A stretch of DNA of 64,000 nucleotides from Eubacteriales bacterium (GCA_045598385.1 JAZLLY010000016.1:153-64152); one strand, 5' to 3'. Shown: positions 17,894-27,920, counted from the first letter of the stretch. Made by a program: numbers and translations. Notes: generated by a model not told the origin, from the sequence alone.

Positions 17894-19336
17894 TTAAAGG
17901 AGAGCGATCGCTTTTTGAACGCGGGCGACGGTTTCGTCTTTTCCGATGACTTCCATGATCTCGGTCGCACCGCCGGGTGTCGCCGTCAGTCCTGAAACCG
18001 CGATACGGAGACACCACATTACGGCGCCGAGCTTCATTCCGAGTTTTTCCGAAAGGGGAGCAAAAGCGGCGAAGATTGAATCGTTGTCAAATGACGAAAG
18101 TGCCGTCAGGACGTCAAGCGATGATACAAGGACGTTTTTGACGACTGCGAGATCGTCGATCTTGTTTTTCTTATTGAAATAGAGATCTTTCTCATAATCC
18201 GGAAGTTCAAGGAAAAACGCCATTTTCGCGTCAAGTTCCGAGAACTTCTGGATCCTCGTTTTAAGAAGAAGCAACATTTTTTCTTTATTGACGGAGGCGG
18301 GAATGTTGCTGTGGATGAAAACTTCCGCTTTTTCAAGGAAAGCTTGATCGTTCATTTTATGGATGTATTCGCCGTTGAACCAAAGAAGTTTTTCAAAATC
18401 GAAGACGGCGGGAGATTTTGAGACACCGTCGATCGTAAAGGCGGCTTTCAGCTCGTCAAGCGTAAAAAACTCTTTCTCCGATTCCTTCGGGCACCAGCCG
18501 AGCAGGGCGATATAATTGAGGATCGCTTCCGGCAGATATCCGTCGTCGAGAAGATCTCCGAAGGATACGGCGCCGTGCCTTTTCGATAATTTGGATACGC
18601 TACCGTCAGCGTTTTTGCCCATCATGAGGGGCAGATGGACGTATTGCGGTCTTTCCCAGCCGAATGCGTCGTACAGAAGAACGTATTTCGGCGTGCTTGT
18701 CAGATATTCGGATCCGCGGACGACGTGTGTGACACCCATGAGATAGTCATCAATCACGTGGGCAAAATTGTAGGTCGGGTAGCCGTCGGCTTTAATGAGG
18801 ATCTGATCCTGCAATTCCTCATTATTGACGGAGATTTCGCCGAACACGGTGTCGTGATACGACGTGACACCGGTCAGAGGCATTTTTTGCCGTATGACGA
18901 AAGGAAGACCGGCTTTCAGATTCTTTTCGATTTCCTCTTTCGTAAGATCACGGCAATGACGGTCATAACCGCCGGTCGCGTCTTCTTCGTGTAGTTTTTC
19001 AAGGCGTTCTTTGGAGCAGAAACAGTAATACGCAAAACCGGAGTCGATCAGTTTTTTTGCGTATTCCATATAGATCGGTTTTCTTTCACTCTGCACGTAA
19101 GGACCGTGATCACCGCCGACCTCGGGTCCTTCATCATAGGTGAGTCCCGTAATTTTCAAGGTGGTTTTGATGATATCGGTCGCACCTTCGACAAGCCGTT
19201 CTCTGTCGGTATCTTCTATACGGAGAATGAACTTTCCGTTATCGTGCTTCGCGATGAGAAAAGAATAAAGCGCGGTGCGCAAATTGCCGATGTGCATATA
19301 ACCTGTAGGGCTCGGAGCAAATCTTGTAACAGTCAT
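17894..19336 (-). CDS. gltX: Glutamate--tRNA ligase
   Basis: RFAPSPTGYMHIGN, LRIEDTD, KLSKRHG. Confidence 0.97.
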   Translation of the reverse strand: MTVTRFAPSPTGYMHIGNLRTALYSFLIAKHDNGKFILRIEDTDRERLVEGATDIIKTTLKITGLTYDEGPEVGGDHGPYVQSERKPIYMEYAKKLIDSGFAYYCFCSKERLEKLHEEDATGGYDRHCRDLTKEEIEKNLKAGLPFVIRQKMPLTGVTSYHDTVFGEISVNNEELQDQILIKADGYPTYNFAHVIDDYLMGVTHVVRGSEYLTSTPKYVLLYDAFGWERPQYVHLPLMMGKNADGSVSKLSKRHGAVSFGDLLDDGYLPEAILNYIALLGWCPKESEKEFFTLDELKAAFTIDGVSKSPAVFDFEKLLWFNGEYIHKMNDQAFLEKAEVFIHSNIPASVNKEKMLLLLKTRIQKFSELDAKMAFFLELPDYEKDLYFNKKNKIDDLAVVKNVLVSSLDVLTALSSFDNDSIFAAFAPLSEKLGMKLGAVMWCLRIAVSGLTATPGGATEIMEVIGKDETVARVQKAIALL

Positions 19337-19436
19337 TTTATGCCTCTTTATCTTTTATTTAATAATATTAACATATTTTTTATTTTTTGTCAATTCCGAT
19401 TTACGATTTTCAATCGTTAAAAGACTGTGAATTTTC

Positions 19437-19465
19437 TTGACAGCGGCGTTTTTTGATACTATAAT
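19437..19465 (+). promoter_or_regulatory. SigA-type promoter for HK-dinB
   Basis: TTGACA-17-TATAAT. Confidence 0.75.
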
Positions 19466-19494
19466 GATGGCAATGATGAGAAAGGAGAAGCGCC

Positions 19495-20955
19495 GTGAAA
19501 AAAAGTATATTCGCCAAATACATGATAACGTTTTCCCTGATCATCATTATCAGTTTCTCGGTTCTGACATTCATATTCAGTAATATCATCCAGAGTTATT
19601 CCGTTCGGCAGCTCGACGAAGAACTGACGAAAAGCGTCAATTATCTGACACAGACGATCGTGTCAAAGCAGAGTCATCCGGACGATATGAAAGGTTCGGT
19701 AATAAAATCCGGGGATTCTTTACGGCAGATCAACGGTATTTGTATTTTTATTTACGACAGGCAAAACGAACTTGTTTATTCCAACAATACGGATCTTATC
19801 CCCTTGTTATTATTGAAAAACGACAGCGATTCCGGCTTCAATCTGACAGAAATCGACTCCGAAAAAAACATTGACGGAAAATCCTATCTTTATTTTTCCG
19901 GCAATCTGTCCGAACATTTGCCCGGAAACTGGCACGTGATCGGTATGGAAACGGACAATCCGGAATATCACACCGTGTACGCTTGCAGTGCTACGGTGTC
20001 GGAGGATATTTCCGTTCCCATCCGTTCCTCGGTGTTCACGGCGTCTGTCTGGGTCATTCTCGCTTCGGTCATTGCCATCAACTTCATCACGGAAAGAATG
20101 CTCCGACCGATCCGACAGATCAAAAAAGCCACTTCCGATTACGCGCGCGGGTACTTTGATACCCGTGTCAACGTGGAGGGAAAAGACGAGATCGCGCTGC
20201 TCGGGCAGGCATTCAACGACATGGCGGACTCTCTCGAAAAAACCGAGAAAATGAGAAACGCGTTTCTCGCCAATATTTCTCACGATCTGCGTACGCCCAT
20301 GACAACGATATCCGGTTTTATCGACGGTATCAATTCCGGTGCTATTCCGCCCGAGAAGCAGCCCTATTATCTTGAACTCATCTCTGCGGAGATTCACCGT
20401 TTGTCCCGTCTCGTTTCCAGTATTCTCGACGTCTCCCGGCTGGAATCGGGAGAACGGAAATTCGTATTTTCCGATTTTGACGTTGCCGAAGTCGCAAGAC
20501 TGATTCTCATTTCCTTTGAACAGAAGATCGAGGATAAACATCTCGACGTTTCTTTTGAGTCTGCCGACTCGGTCACGGTTCATGCTGACAAAGACGCCAT
20601 TTACCAAGTCCTTTACAATCTCTGTCATAACGCTATCAAGTTTGCTCGTGATAACGGGAAACTGCGGATAACCATTGTTGAAAAAGATGAAAAAGTCTTC
20701 GTCAGCGTTTTTGACGAAGGCGAGAGCATTGCGGCGGAGGATATGCCTTTCGTCTTTGACCGTTTTTATAAGACCGATAAAAGCCGCGGGCTCGATAAAT
20801 CCGGCGTCGGACTCGGACTTTATATCTGCAAGTCCATTATGGACGCCCATAAAGAGACGATTTTCGTGAAATCCGACGAGGGTGAAAACTGTGAGTTTAC
20901 CTTTACGCTTTCCCGTCCGTCGGAAAACACAAAGAAAAACTCTTCCAAGGTGTGA
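19495..20955 (+). CDS. Membrane sensor histidine kinase (HAMP-HisKA-HATPase)
   Basis: 2 TM, HAMP DEIALLGQAFNDM, H-box SHDLRTPMT, NLCHNAIKF, GVGLGLYI. Confidence 0.93.
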   Translation: MKKSIFAKYMITFSLIIIISFSVLTFIFSNIIQSYSVRQLDEELTKSVNYLTQTIVSKQSHPDDMKGSVIKSGDSLRQINGICIFIYDRQNELVYSNNTDLIPLLLLKNDSDSGFNLTEIDSEKNIDGKSYLYFSGNLSEHLPGNWHVIGMETDNPEYHTVYACSATVSEDISVPIRSSVFTASVWVILASVIAINFITERMLRPIRQIKKATSDYARGYFDTRVNVEGKDEIALLGQAFNDMADSLEKTEKMRNAFLANISHDLRTPMTTISGFIDGINSGAIPPEKQPYYLELISAEIHRLSRLVSSILDVSRLESGERKFVFSDFDVAEVARLILISFEQKIEDKHLDVSFESADSVTVHADKDAIYQVLYNLCHNAIKFARDNGKLRITIVEKDEKVFVSVFDEGESIAAEDMPFVFDRFYKTDKSRGLDKSGVGLGLYICKSIMDAHKETIFVKSDEGENCEFTFTLSRPSENTKKNSSKV

Positions 20956-20958
20956 GTT

Positions 20959-22167
20959 ATGGACAGAGTCATTTTACACTGTGACTGTAATTCCTTTTTC
21001 GCGTCCGTCGAGACCGCTCTGCATCCCGAATACCGCGACGTTCCGATGGCGGTATGCGGCAATGTCGAGGATCGTCACGGGATCGTTCTCGCGAAAAACG
21101 AACTTGCCAAAAAATGCGGTATCGTCACGGCGGAGACCGTGGCTTCGGCTAAAAGCAAGTGCAAAGATCTCGTCATCGCCTCGCCGCATTATCAGGCGTA
21201 TAAGGAATACTCGAAAAAGGTATCGGAAATCTTTTACCGATTTACCGATACGGTGGAATCGTTCGGCATAGACGAATCCTGGCTGGACGTTACCGCGAGC
21301 AGAAAACTTTTCGGTACCGGAATGGAGATCGCCGAAAAAATCCGCAAGACGGTGAAGGAAGAGGTCGGGATTACCGTCTCGATCGGCGTTTCTTTCAATA
21401 AGATCTTCGCAAAACTCGGCAGCGATTACAAAAAGCCGGACGCGATCACTGAAATATCGAGAGAAAACTTCCGATCAATCGTCTATCCTCTCCCGGTCGG
21501 CAGTCTTTTGTTTGTCGGTAAACGCACGGAAGAAGCACTTCGCACGCTCGGCGTTCGTACCGTCGGCGACCTTGCCTCCATGAGCGAAGAAACGCTCGTA
21601 CGCCGTCTCGGAAAACAGGGCGAAGCAATCCTTCGTTATGCAAGAGGGGAAGACGATTCCCCTGTGGTCTCCGAAAAGGAAGAACGCAAAAGCATCAGCA
21701 ACGGATTTACGTTCAAAAAGGATCTGCAGGGCTTTGACGAATGTCAGAGAGCCATTCGTTTTCTGACGGACGCCATCGGGACGAAACTGCGAAAAAATCG
21801 TTTTCTCGCAGGCACTGTAACGCTGAAGATCAAAGATACTTTTCTCAAAACGTATCAGAAACAAAAACCGATCACGCCGAAGACGGATCACGCGGACAGT
21901 ATCGCGAAAGAAGCGATCGAACTTTACAAGTCCATGTGGCTTCCGAACGATCCCGTCAGACAGTTTACCGTTACGGTCTCGGGACTTGTTCCGAAGAGTG
22001 ACGAGTTTTCCCAGATTTCCTTTTTCGACGATGACGATAAGACGGCGGAAAAGAACAGAAACAAAGATTTCGCGATCGACACCATTCGCGAAAAGTACGG
22101 GACTTCGATCATTGTTCCGGCATTGCGGCTCAAGGACGGATTCGGTATTTTTGACGATGAAGATTAG
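20959..22167 (+). CDS. dinB: DNA polymerase IV
   Basis: ILHCDCNSFFASVE, FGIDESWLD, AKLGSDYKKPD, clamp-binding-like QISFF. Confidence 0.93.
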   Translation: MDRVILHCDCNSFFASVETALHPEYRDVPMAVCGNVEDRHGIVLAKNELAKKCGIVTAETVASAKSKCKDLVIASPHYQAYKEYSKKVSEIFYRFTDTVESFGIDESWLDVTASRKLFGTGMEIAEKIRKTVKEEVGITVSIGVSFNKIFAKLGSDYKKPDAITEISRENFRSIVYPLPVGSLLFVGKRTEEALRTLGVRTVGDLASMSEETLVRRLGKQGEAILRYARGEDDSPVVSEKEERKSISNGFTFKKDLQGFDECQRAIRFLTDAIGTKLRKNRFLAGTVTLKIKDTFLKTYQKQKPITPKTDHADSIAKEAIELYKSMWLPNDPVRQFTVTVSGLVPKSDEFSQISFFDDDDKTAEKNRNKDFAIDTIREKYGTSIIVPALRLKDGFGIFDDED

Positions 22168-22197
22168 AAAAAGCGAGGCATTACTGCCTCGCTTTTT
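22168..22197. terminator. Bidirectional terminator
   Basis: AAAAAGCGAGGCA-TTAC-TGCCTCGCTTTTT. Confidence 0.85.
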
Positions 22198-22777
22198 CGT
22201 TTAGAAATAAGATATTCGGTTTAATTTTGAACAGTTCCCGTGGTTCGTGCATTGCGAAAATGACAAGACGTTTTTCACTTTCTTTTTCGAGGATGCGCGC
22301 GACTTTTTTTGCCAGATTTTCGTCGAGTTCCTTAAATGGTTCGTCAAGTAGAAGGACGGAAGACGGGAATAATACGGCTCGCGCGAGATTGACTCTTTGT
22401 TTCATTCCTCCGGATAATTGAGCGGGAAAAAGATGCATATCGTTTTCGGTAAATCCGAGGTCGAAAAGAAAGTCGGTTAATTGTTTGTCCGTATTTTCAT
22501 CCGGTTTTTCCGTAAGTATCTTTTTGACGTTTCCGACGGCGTCAAGATGAGGGAAAAGCCGATATTCCTGAAATGCAAAACTGACGTTGCCCCGGATTTT
22601 TACGGTCCCGTCCGTCGGGGCGTCAAGCCCTGCGATGATCCGTAAAAGCGTGGTTTTTCCACTTCCGCTCGCGCCGAGGATTCCGTAAAGTCCCTGATCG
22701 GGAAATCGGAAAGAAAAACGTTCGATAACGGTTTTCTGTGAAAAAGTCTTCTTTATATCGCAAAGTTCAATGCTCAC
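22181..22777 (-). CDS. ABC importer ATP-binding protein (SsuB/TauB-like)
   Basis: GASGSGKTT, FQEYRLFP, LSGGMKQR, LLDEPF. Confidence 0.88.
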   Translation of the reverse strand: MSIELCDIKKTFSQKTVIERFSFRFPDQGLYGILGASGSGKTTLLRIIAGLDAPTDGTVKIRGNVSFAFQEYRLFPHLDAVGNVKKILTEKPDENTDKQLTDFLFDLGFTENDMHLFPAQLSGGMKQRVNLARAVLFPSSVLLLDEPFKELDENLAKKVARILEKESEKRLVIFAMHEPRELFKIKPNILFLNEKARQ

Positions 22778-23540
22778 GTTTTCCCACCTCTTTCTTGAGT
22801 TTCAGAATGATGCGCTCAAAGAGAACGCTGAAGAGAATCACGGATAAAGTCCAGGCGAAAAGCTGTGGTGTTTCTCCGAATGCCTTTGCGTCGCTGATTT
22901 TCATTCCGACGGAATCTTTCGCATATACGATGACTTCGGCGGAAACGCCGGCTTTCCACGCAAGACCGACACAGGTAAGAATCGCTGTGAAAAAATGAGG
23001 AAGCAGGGAGGGTAATATGAAATCACGAAGCTTTCTTATCCCCGTAATGCCGTATAGCGAAAGCATTTCCATATTGTTTTTGTCAAGTGTTGAAAACCCG
23101 GCTTGCATTTGTCCGTAGACGACCGGGGTTACCATCAGAGCGGCGATCAGTGACGGAACGAGATTTTTGCCGTTTTCCAATACAACCCAAAGGATAAGGA
23201 TAAAGGAAACGACGGGGGTAGAGCGGATAACCGTCATAAAAGGTTTGAGAATGGCTTCCGCGCTTTTGCAATAATAGCAGAAAACCGATATGATAACCCC
23301 TGCCGCCGTGCCTATCAAAAGTCCCTCAAAAATGCGGAAGACGGAAAGTGTGATGACTTTCCAGTATTCTTTTTCGGCCATAAGCCGGAACAATGCCCCC
23401 ATCGTTTTTCTGACGCCCGGAAGCGCGAAATCCGTTCCGTACTGATTTTGCAGAGCAAGAGAAAAGAGATCCCAAAGGCAGAAGAGAATGAGAACTCCGG
23501 AAGCCGGAAGCAATATTTTTTTAATTTTTTTGAATTTCAT
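22767..23540 (-). CDS. ABC importer permease (SsuC/TauC-like)
   Basis: RSTPVVSFIL, LAWKAGVSAEV; multi-TM; start ATG 23540 inferred. Confidence 0.85.
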   Translation of the reverse strand: MKFKKIKKILLPASGVLILFCLWDLFSLALQNQYGTDFALPGVRKTMGALFRLMAEKEYWKVITLSVFRIFEGLLIGTAAGVIISVFCYYCKSAEAILKPFMTVIRSTPVVSFILILWVVLENGKNLVPSLIAALMVTPVVYGQMQAGFSTLDKNNMEMLSLYGITGIRKLRDFILPSLLPHFFTAILTCVGLAWKAGVSAEVIVYAKDSVGMKISDAKAFGETPQLFAWTLSVILFSVLFERIILKLKKEVGKREH

Positions 23541-24519
23541 AATAAATTTCATCCTTCGGAAGATCATTCCCGATCGTCGCGGGGAGTTTTTCGTATAGGA
23601 TTTCATAAAAGGCCGTAAGATCGTTTTTCATAACGGAACCGCTCCGAAATACGATTGCGCCGTCAAGATTTGTGAGCGCTCTTTCGGCAACATTTTTGTT
23701 TGGTAAGACGCCGGCGCCGACGATGAGACCGGCGGCAGAATCAAGGTTATCGGGATTTCCGATATAACTGACGGATTCTTCAAAATCAGACATGAAGGTT
23801 TCGATAAGGTCCGGGTTTTCTTCGATATAATCGGCTTTTACGACGAGGCATCCCATCGGGAGATCGGTGTCGGTAACTTCATGCCAGACGTCGCCTATCG
23901 GAAAAGCCACTTCGTAGGCGTCGGATTGCAAAAGTACGGAGGTGACTTTGGGTTCCGGAAGTACGGCGATATCGACGGATCCTTTCATGAGATCGGCGAC
24001 AAGAGCATCGTGCGTACTGACGGTTTCTACGGAAAAATCAATCGACAGTGCACTTTTCAAATACTCGATGACGGGGCCTGTCGTGGAAGTGGGGACTGAT
24101 ACTGTCACGGTTTTTCCGGAAAGATCGTTCATATCGCTCACGCCGAGTTCTTTTTTTGCTACGACGAAGAGAGAGGAAAGACAATTGACGGCGAGAACGC
24201 GGACTTTGTCGTTTTGCTTGCTATAAAGCATGGCGGCGGTGTTGCTCGGCAGACATACGGCGTCGAGAGTGCCGGTAAGAAAATCCGTTACGGCGGTATC
24301 CGGTGACGCGTAAAGCGTGAATTCATAGGGAAGAGATGGATCGGACTTGACCGTTTCCATCAGTTTTGCCATTCCCATACCGGTCGGACCGCTGAGAACG
24401 CCGATCTTCATTTTTTCGTCGCCGTTATTATCTCCGAAAACGGAACAGGAGGAAAAAATGATAAATATAAAAACGGAAATGAGAATGAGTGCGACGGTTT
24501 TTTTGAGTATTGATTTCAT
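23521..24519 (-). CDS. ABC importer substrate-binding lipoprotein (SsuA/NMT1-like)
   Basis: Lipobox FSSC, GVLSGPTGMG, AVLPEP. Confidence 0.82.
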   Translation of the reverse strand: MKSILKKTVALILISVFIFIIFSSCSVFGDNNGDEKMKIGVLSGPTGMGMAKLMETVKSDPSLPYEFTLYASPDTAVTDFLTGTLDAVCLPSNTAAMLYSKQNDKVRVLAVNCLSSLFVVAKKELGVSDMNDLSGKTVTVSVPTSTTGPVIEYLKSALSIDFSVETVSTHDALVADLMKGSVDIAVLPEPKVTSVLLQSDAYEVAFPIGDVWHEVTDTDLPMGCLVVKADYIEENPDLIETFMSDFEESVSYIGNPDNLDSAAGLIVGAGVLPNKNVAERALTNLDGAIVFRSGSVMKNDLTAFYEILYEKLPATIGNDLPKDEIYYEIQKN

Positions 24520-24536
24520 TTTACGAACCTCGGAAA

Positions 24537-25172
24537 TCATATTTTCAGGATTTTGACGTTACTATCTCGGTATTCGATCATGCCTTGTTCACAGAGGGAA
24601 TGCAAGGCACGGTAGAGAGAGGCACGACCGCAACCGAGAGCGCGGGATGCGTCTGTCATGTTTACGTGGAACGTGTCTTTGTCGTTTTTTGTATTTTGTG
24701 AACGAAGGTACTCAAAAAGTTTTTCCGTGATGTCTTTACCGGATAGCTGGGCGATCTTTTCATTGAGAAAAATGGCTTTTTTGACAACAAACCTTAACAT
24801 ATTGTATGCAATTTTCGGACATTCCATGAGAATATCAGAATCGTTTTCACTTAAGAAAACAACGGAAGTATCTCCTTTTGCGATCACTGTCGTCGGAAAA
24901 GACGATGTCGTCGAGAACATCGAAAGCATACCGAAAGAATCGTATTGGTAAAGACGATTGAGCAAAACGGTACTGCCGTCTTCCCGCCGTCTGTAAACGA
25001 TACATTTACCGTTTACGATAAACCCGATTCTTTTATGCGTGGTTTCGGGGGAAAGGATCACGGCACCGTCGGAAAACGTTTCCGTCTTCGGACAGAGCCG
25101 AGAAAGGATATTCTTTGATTCGTCCGGTTTCAATCCGGAAAAGAGAAATGTGTTTTCAAAAAAATCTTCCAT
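24537..25172 (-). CDS. Crp/Fnr-family transcriptional regulator
   Basis: cNMP-binding-like N domain (LFSGL..., DSFG); C-terminal HTH NMTDASRALGCGRASLYRAL. Confidence 0.88.
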   Translation of the reverse strand: MEDFFENTFLFSGLKPDESKNILSRLCPKTETFSDGAVILSPETTHKRIGFIVNGKCIVYRRREDGSTVLLNRLYQYDSFGMLSMFSTTSSFPTTVIAKGDTSVVFLSENDSDILMECPKIAYNMLRFVVKKAIFLNEKIAQLSGKDITEKLFEYLRSQNTKNDKDTFHVNMTDASRALGCGRASLYRALHSLCEQGMIEYRDSNVKILKI

Positions 25173-25186
25173 TACGCCTCCGAAAG

Positions 25187-25202
25187 TGTATCATATGAGA
25201 CA
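25187..25202. promoter_or_regulatory. Palindromic operator candidate TGTATCATATGAGACA
   Basis: 14/16 symmetric TGT-N10-ACA over the predicted TSS of the Crp/Fnr gene. Confidence 0.55.
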
Positions 25203-25231
25203 ATTATAATGAAACGACCGCATTTTGTCAA
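25203..25231 (-). promoter_or_regulatory. SigA promoter of Crp/Fnr-ABC operon
   Basis: Consensus TTGACA-17-TATAAT on minus strand. Confidence 0.8.
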
Positions 25232-25327
25232 GAGCAGTCAAAAATATTTTTTTTATTTTGCGCAAAAAGTTGAAATTGAACAGAAAATATGGTATACTAA
25301 AAAAAATAAAATGAAAGCGTGTGTCCT

Positions 25328-26131
25328 ATGACGATATCACTTTTGAGTATTGCCGATCGTTTTGCGAACATTCATTTTGAATTTCGCGATGCCGTGGATA
25401 TTCTGATTCTCGCCGGTCTTCTTTTCCTGGCGCTCCATTTTCTCAATAATCACAAAGCCGGTGTTCTTGTTTTCGGAATCGCCGCTTTTCTTGTTATATT
25501 CTGGCTTTCGGATATTTTTGAACTCCGGGCGCTGCACATGATCTTCGGCGGTCTTTATGAGGTCGGCGCATTGGCTCTGATCATCATTTTTCAGCCCGAG
25601 ATACGGGACGCACTCGAAAAAGTCGGCTCCCGTTCCATCGGGACGTTCCGGGTGATTTCCGAACGTCTCAGACGGCATCGCTCGTATTCCGCCGTCATCG
25701 AGAACATCTGTTCTGCCGTCACGGATCTTTCGGCTTCCAAAACCGGCGCTCTGATCGTGATTTCCGGATCCAATAAGCTTGACGATATGGTGGAGACCGG
25801 TATTGCCATTCACGCCGATGTAAACTCTTTTTTGCTCCGCAACCTTTTTTTTGATAAAGCACCGCTTCATGACGGTGCCGTCATCATTGACGATGCGCGC
25901 ATTGCCGCCGCAGGTTGTGTTCTTCCTCTGACGAGACGGACCGACGTTGACAGTAACCTCGGTACGCGTCACAGGGCAGCGATCGGCGTCAGCGAAGTCA
26001 GCGATTCCGTCACGGTCGTCGTTTCCGAGGAAACGGGTATCATTTCCGTTGCATACCAGGGCGTATTGCAGCGGAATCTGACACCTCAATCTCTCAAAGA
26101 GTTTCTGGCGGATAAAATCTACATTTTCTGA
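25328..26131 (+). CDS. cdaA: Diadenylate cyclase CdaA
   Basis: 3 N-terminal TM, IIFQPEIRDALE, PLHDGAVII, GTRHRAAIG, VSEETG; start uncertain (25319/25328). Confidence 0.93.
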   Translation: MTISLLSIADRFANIHFEFRDAVDILILAGLLFLALHFLNNHKAGVLVFGIAAFLVIFWLSDIFELRALHMIFGGLYEVGALALIIIFQPEIRDALEKVGSRSIGTFRVISERLRRHRSYSAVIENICSAVTDLSASKTGALIVISGSNKLDDMVETGIAIHADVNSFLLRNLFFDKAPLHDGAVIIDDARIAAAGCVLPLTRRTDVDSNLGTRHRAAIGVSEVSDSVTVVVSEETGIISVAYQGVLQRNLTPQSLKEFLADKIYIF

Positions 26132-26146
26132 TCCCTTGGAGGCATT

Positions 26147-26242
26147 ATGAAAGAAAAGAAAAACGGTTGGGTCCGCATCGTGCTGACGGCCGGTATATCT
26201 CTGATATTGGCGACGCTCATCTGGCTTTCCGTGAATGGCTGA
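26147..26242 (+). CDS. 31-aa single-TM peptide, CdaR(YbbR) N-terminus-like
   Basis: GGAGG RBS; MKEKKNGWVRIVLTAGISLILATLIWLSVNG; lies in the cdaR position; below the ORF-track cutoff. Confidence 0.7.
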   Translation: MKEKKNGWVRIVLTAGISLILATLIWLSVNG

Positions 26243-26260
26243 TATTGTTCGGAGATTTTT

Positions 26261-27871
26261 ATGACAGGCACGCTTCTTGTTGTGAACGGTATCAGACTGG
26301 ATCTGTCCGATCCTGTCGAGTCCGCTTTTCACGCCGCTCAAACTAAATTATCGAAAGCCGGCATTTTCAAGAAAAATGCCTGTTTTTCGTTATACAAGAG
26401 AAGTGTTGACGCCAGGAAAAAAGCCGACATTCATTTTGTGTGTTCCGTTGCGGTTTCCGCTGATTTTTCGGATCGTGAGATCGCACTCGCAAAATCATCC
26501 GGCTTTTCCGTTTATTCCGAAAATCCGATCGATATCAGGATCGGAGAAGACACGATATCGGCAAGACCCGTTATCGTCGGCTCGGGTCCCTGCGGTCTTT
26601 TTGCCTCGCTTCTTCTTGCTGAAAACGGTTACCGTCCGATTCTTCTTGAACGCGGCGGAAATATGGAAGAACGCGTCGCTGCCGTCTCGCGATTTTCTTC
26701 TATGCGTATTCTTGACAGTGAAACAAACGTGCAGTTCGGCGCAGGCGGTGCCGGGACGTTTTCCGACGGAAAACTCGTGACGCGGATCGGCGATCCCGTG
26801 ACAAGATATGTACTTGAACGCTTCGTTTCTTTCGGTGCGGATCCATCTATTCTCACCGCCGCGAAACCTCATATCGGGACCGATGTTCTTCGCGGAATCG
26901 TGGAACGTCTTCTTGACCGCATCGTTTCACTCGGCGGAGAAGTCCGCTTTCACACCCGCTTTACGTCTTTTGACGATAAAAACGGAACGGTGCAACATAT
27001 CAAAACGAATCACGGTGATATTCCCTGCGGCGCGCTGATACTGGCTTTGGGTCACAGTGCCAGGGATACTTATCGCTATCTTCTTACGCGAGGGCTTTCC
27101 ATCGAAGCCAAGCCGTTTTCTGTCGGAATGAGAATCGAACATTCGGCGAAAGATATTGACGAAGCCATGTACGGCGCCGATCTTTCCGATCTCATCGGAC
27201 ACGCCGAATATACGTTGTCGCATAATACCGCCGTTCGCGGGGTCTATACTTTTTGTATGTGCCCGGGCGGCGAAGTCATCGCCGCGGCAAGTGAAGAAAA
27301 TACGGTCGTTGTCAACGGCATGAGTCTGCACGCCAGAAACGGTAAAAACGATAATAGTGCGGTAGTTTGCAGTATTTTCAAAGAAGATTACGGCGCGACG
27401 CCCGAAAAAGGTATCGCTTTTCAGCAAATGATTGAAAAGGCGGCGTTTACGGCAGGCGGCGGGGATTACGCCGTTCCGCTCGTGACCGTCGGTGATTTTC
27501 TTTCCGGAAAAGCCGTAACTATGCCTAAACGCGTTATGCCTTCTTATATGGGCGGGAACGCATTTCGTCTTGCCGAACCCGAGACGTATTTGCCGAAATT
27601 CGTCTGCGACGCCATTCGCGGCGGTCTTAACGGTTTCGACAAGAAAATACACGGTTTTGCCGTTTCCGACGCTATACTTTCGGGCGCGGAAACAAGGACA
27701 AGCGCTCCTCTGCGCATTTTGCGGGAAGAGGGCTCCCGTCTTGCCGTCGGTTTTCACAATCTCTATCCTGCGGGCGAGGGAGCCGGATATGCGGGCGGTA
27801 TCACCAGCGCGGCGACGGACGGTATCCGCACGGCACTCGCTCTTATGGCAAAATACCGCCCCATAGATTAA
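26261..27871 (+). CDS. FAD-dependent oxidoreductase (COG2509-like)
   Basis: VGSGPCGLFA, FGAGGAGTFSDGKL, YTFCMCPGG, GEGAGYAGGITSAA. Confidence 0.85.
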   Translation: MTGTLLVVNGIRLDLSDPVESAFHAAQTKLSKAGIFKKNACFSLYKRSVDARKKADIHFVCSVAVSADFSDREIALAKSSGFSVYSENPIDIRIGEDTISARPVIVGSGPCGLFASLLLAENGYRPILLERGGNMEERVAAVSRFSSMRILDSETNVQFGAGGAGTFSDGKLVTRIGDPVTRYVLERFVSFGADPSILTAAKPHIGTDVLRGIVERLLDRIVSLGGEVRFHTRFTSFDDKNGTVQHIKTNHGDIPCGALILALGHSARDTYRYLLTRGLSIEAKPFSVGMRIEHSAKDIDEAMYGADLSDLIGHAEYTLSHNTAVRGVYTFCMCPGGEVIAAASEENTVVVNGMSLHARNGKNDNSAVVCSIFKEDYGATPEKGIAFQQMIEKAAFTAGGGDYAVPLVTVGDFLSGKAVTMPKRVMPSYMGGNAFRLAEPETYLPKFVCDAIRGGLNGFDKKIHGFAVSDAILSGAETRTSAPLRILREEGSRLAVGFHNLYPAGEGAGYAGGITSAATDGIRTALALMAKYRPID

Positions 27872-27920
27872 ATCCGTATTAAATGGAAAGGCGGGAGAAA
27901 TCCCGACTCTTGATACTATA

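Noticed and set aside
17894-19336. gltX together with glnS as an anomaly for a Firmicute
   Set aside because: GlnRS is common in Clostridia.
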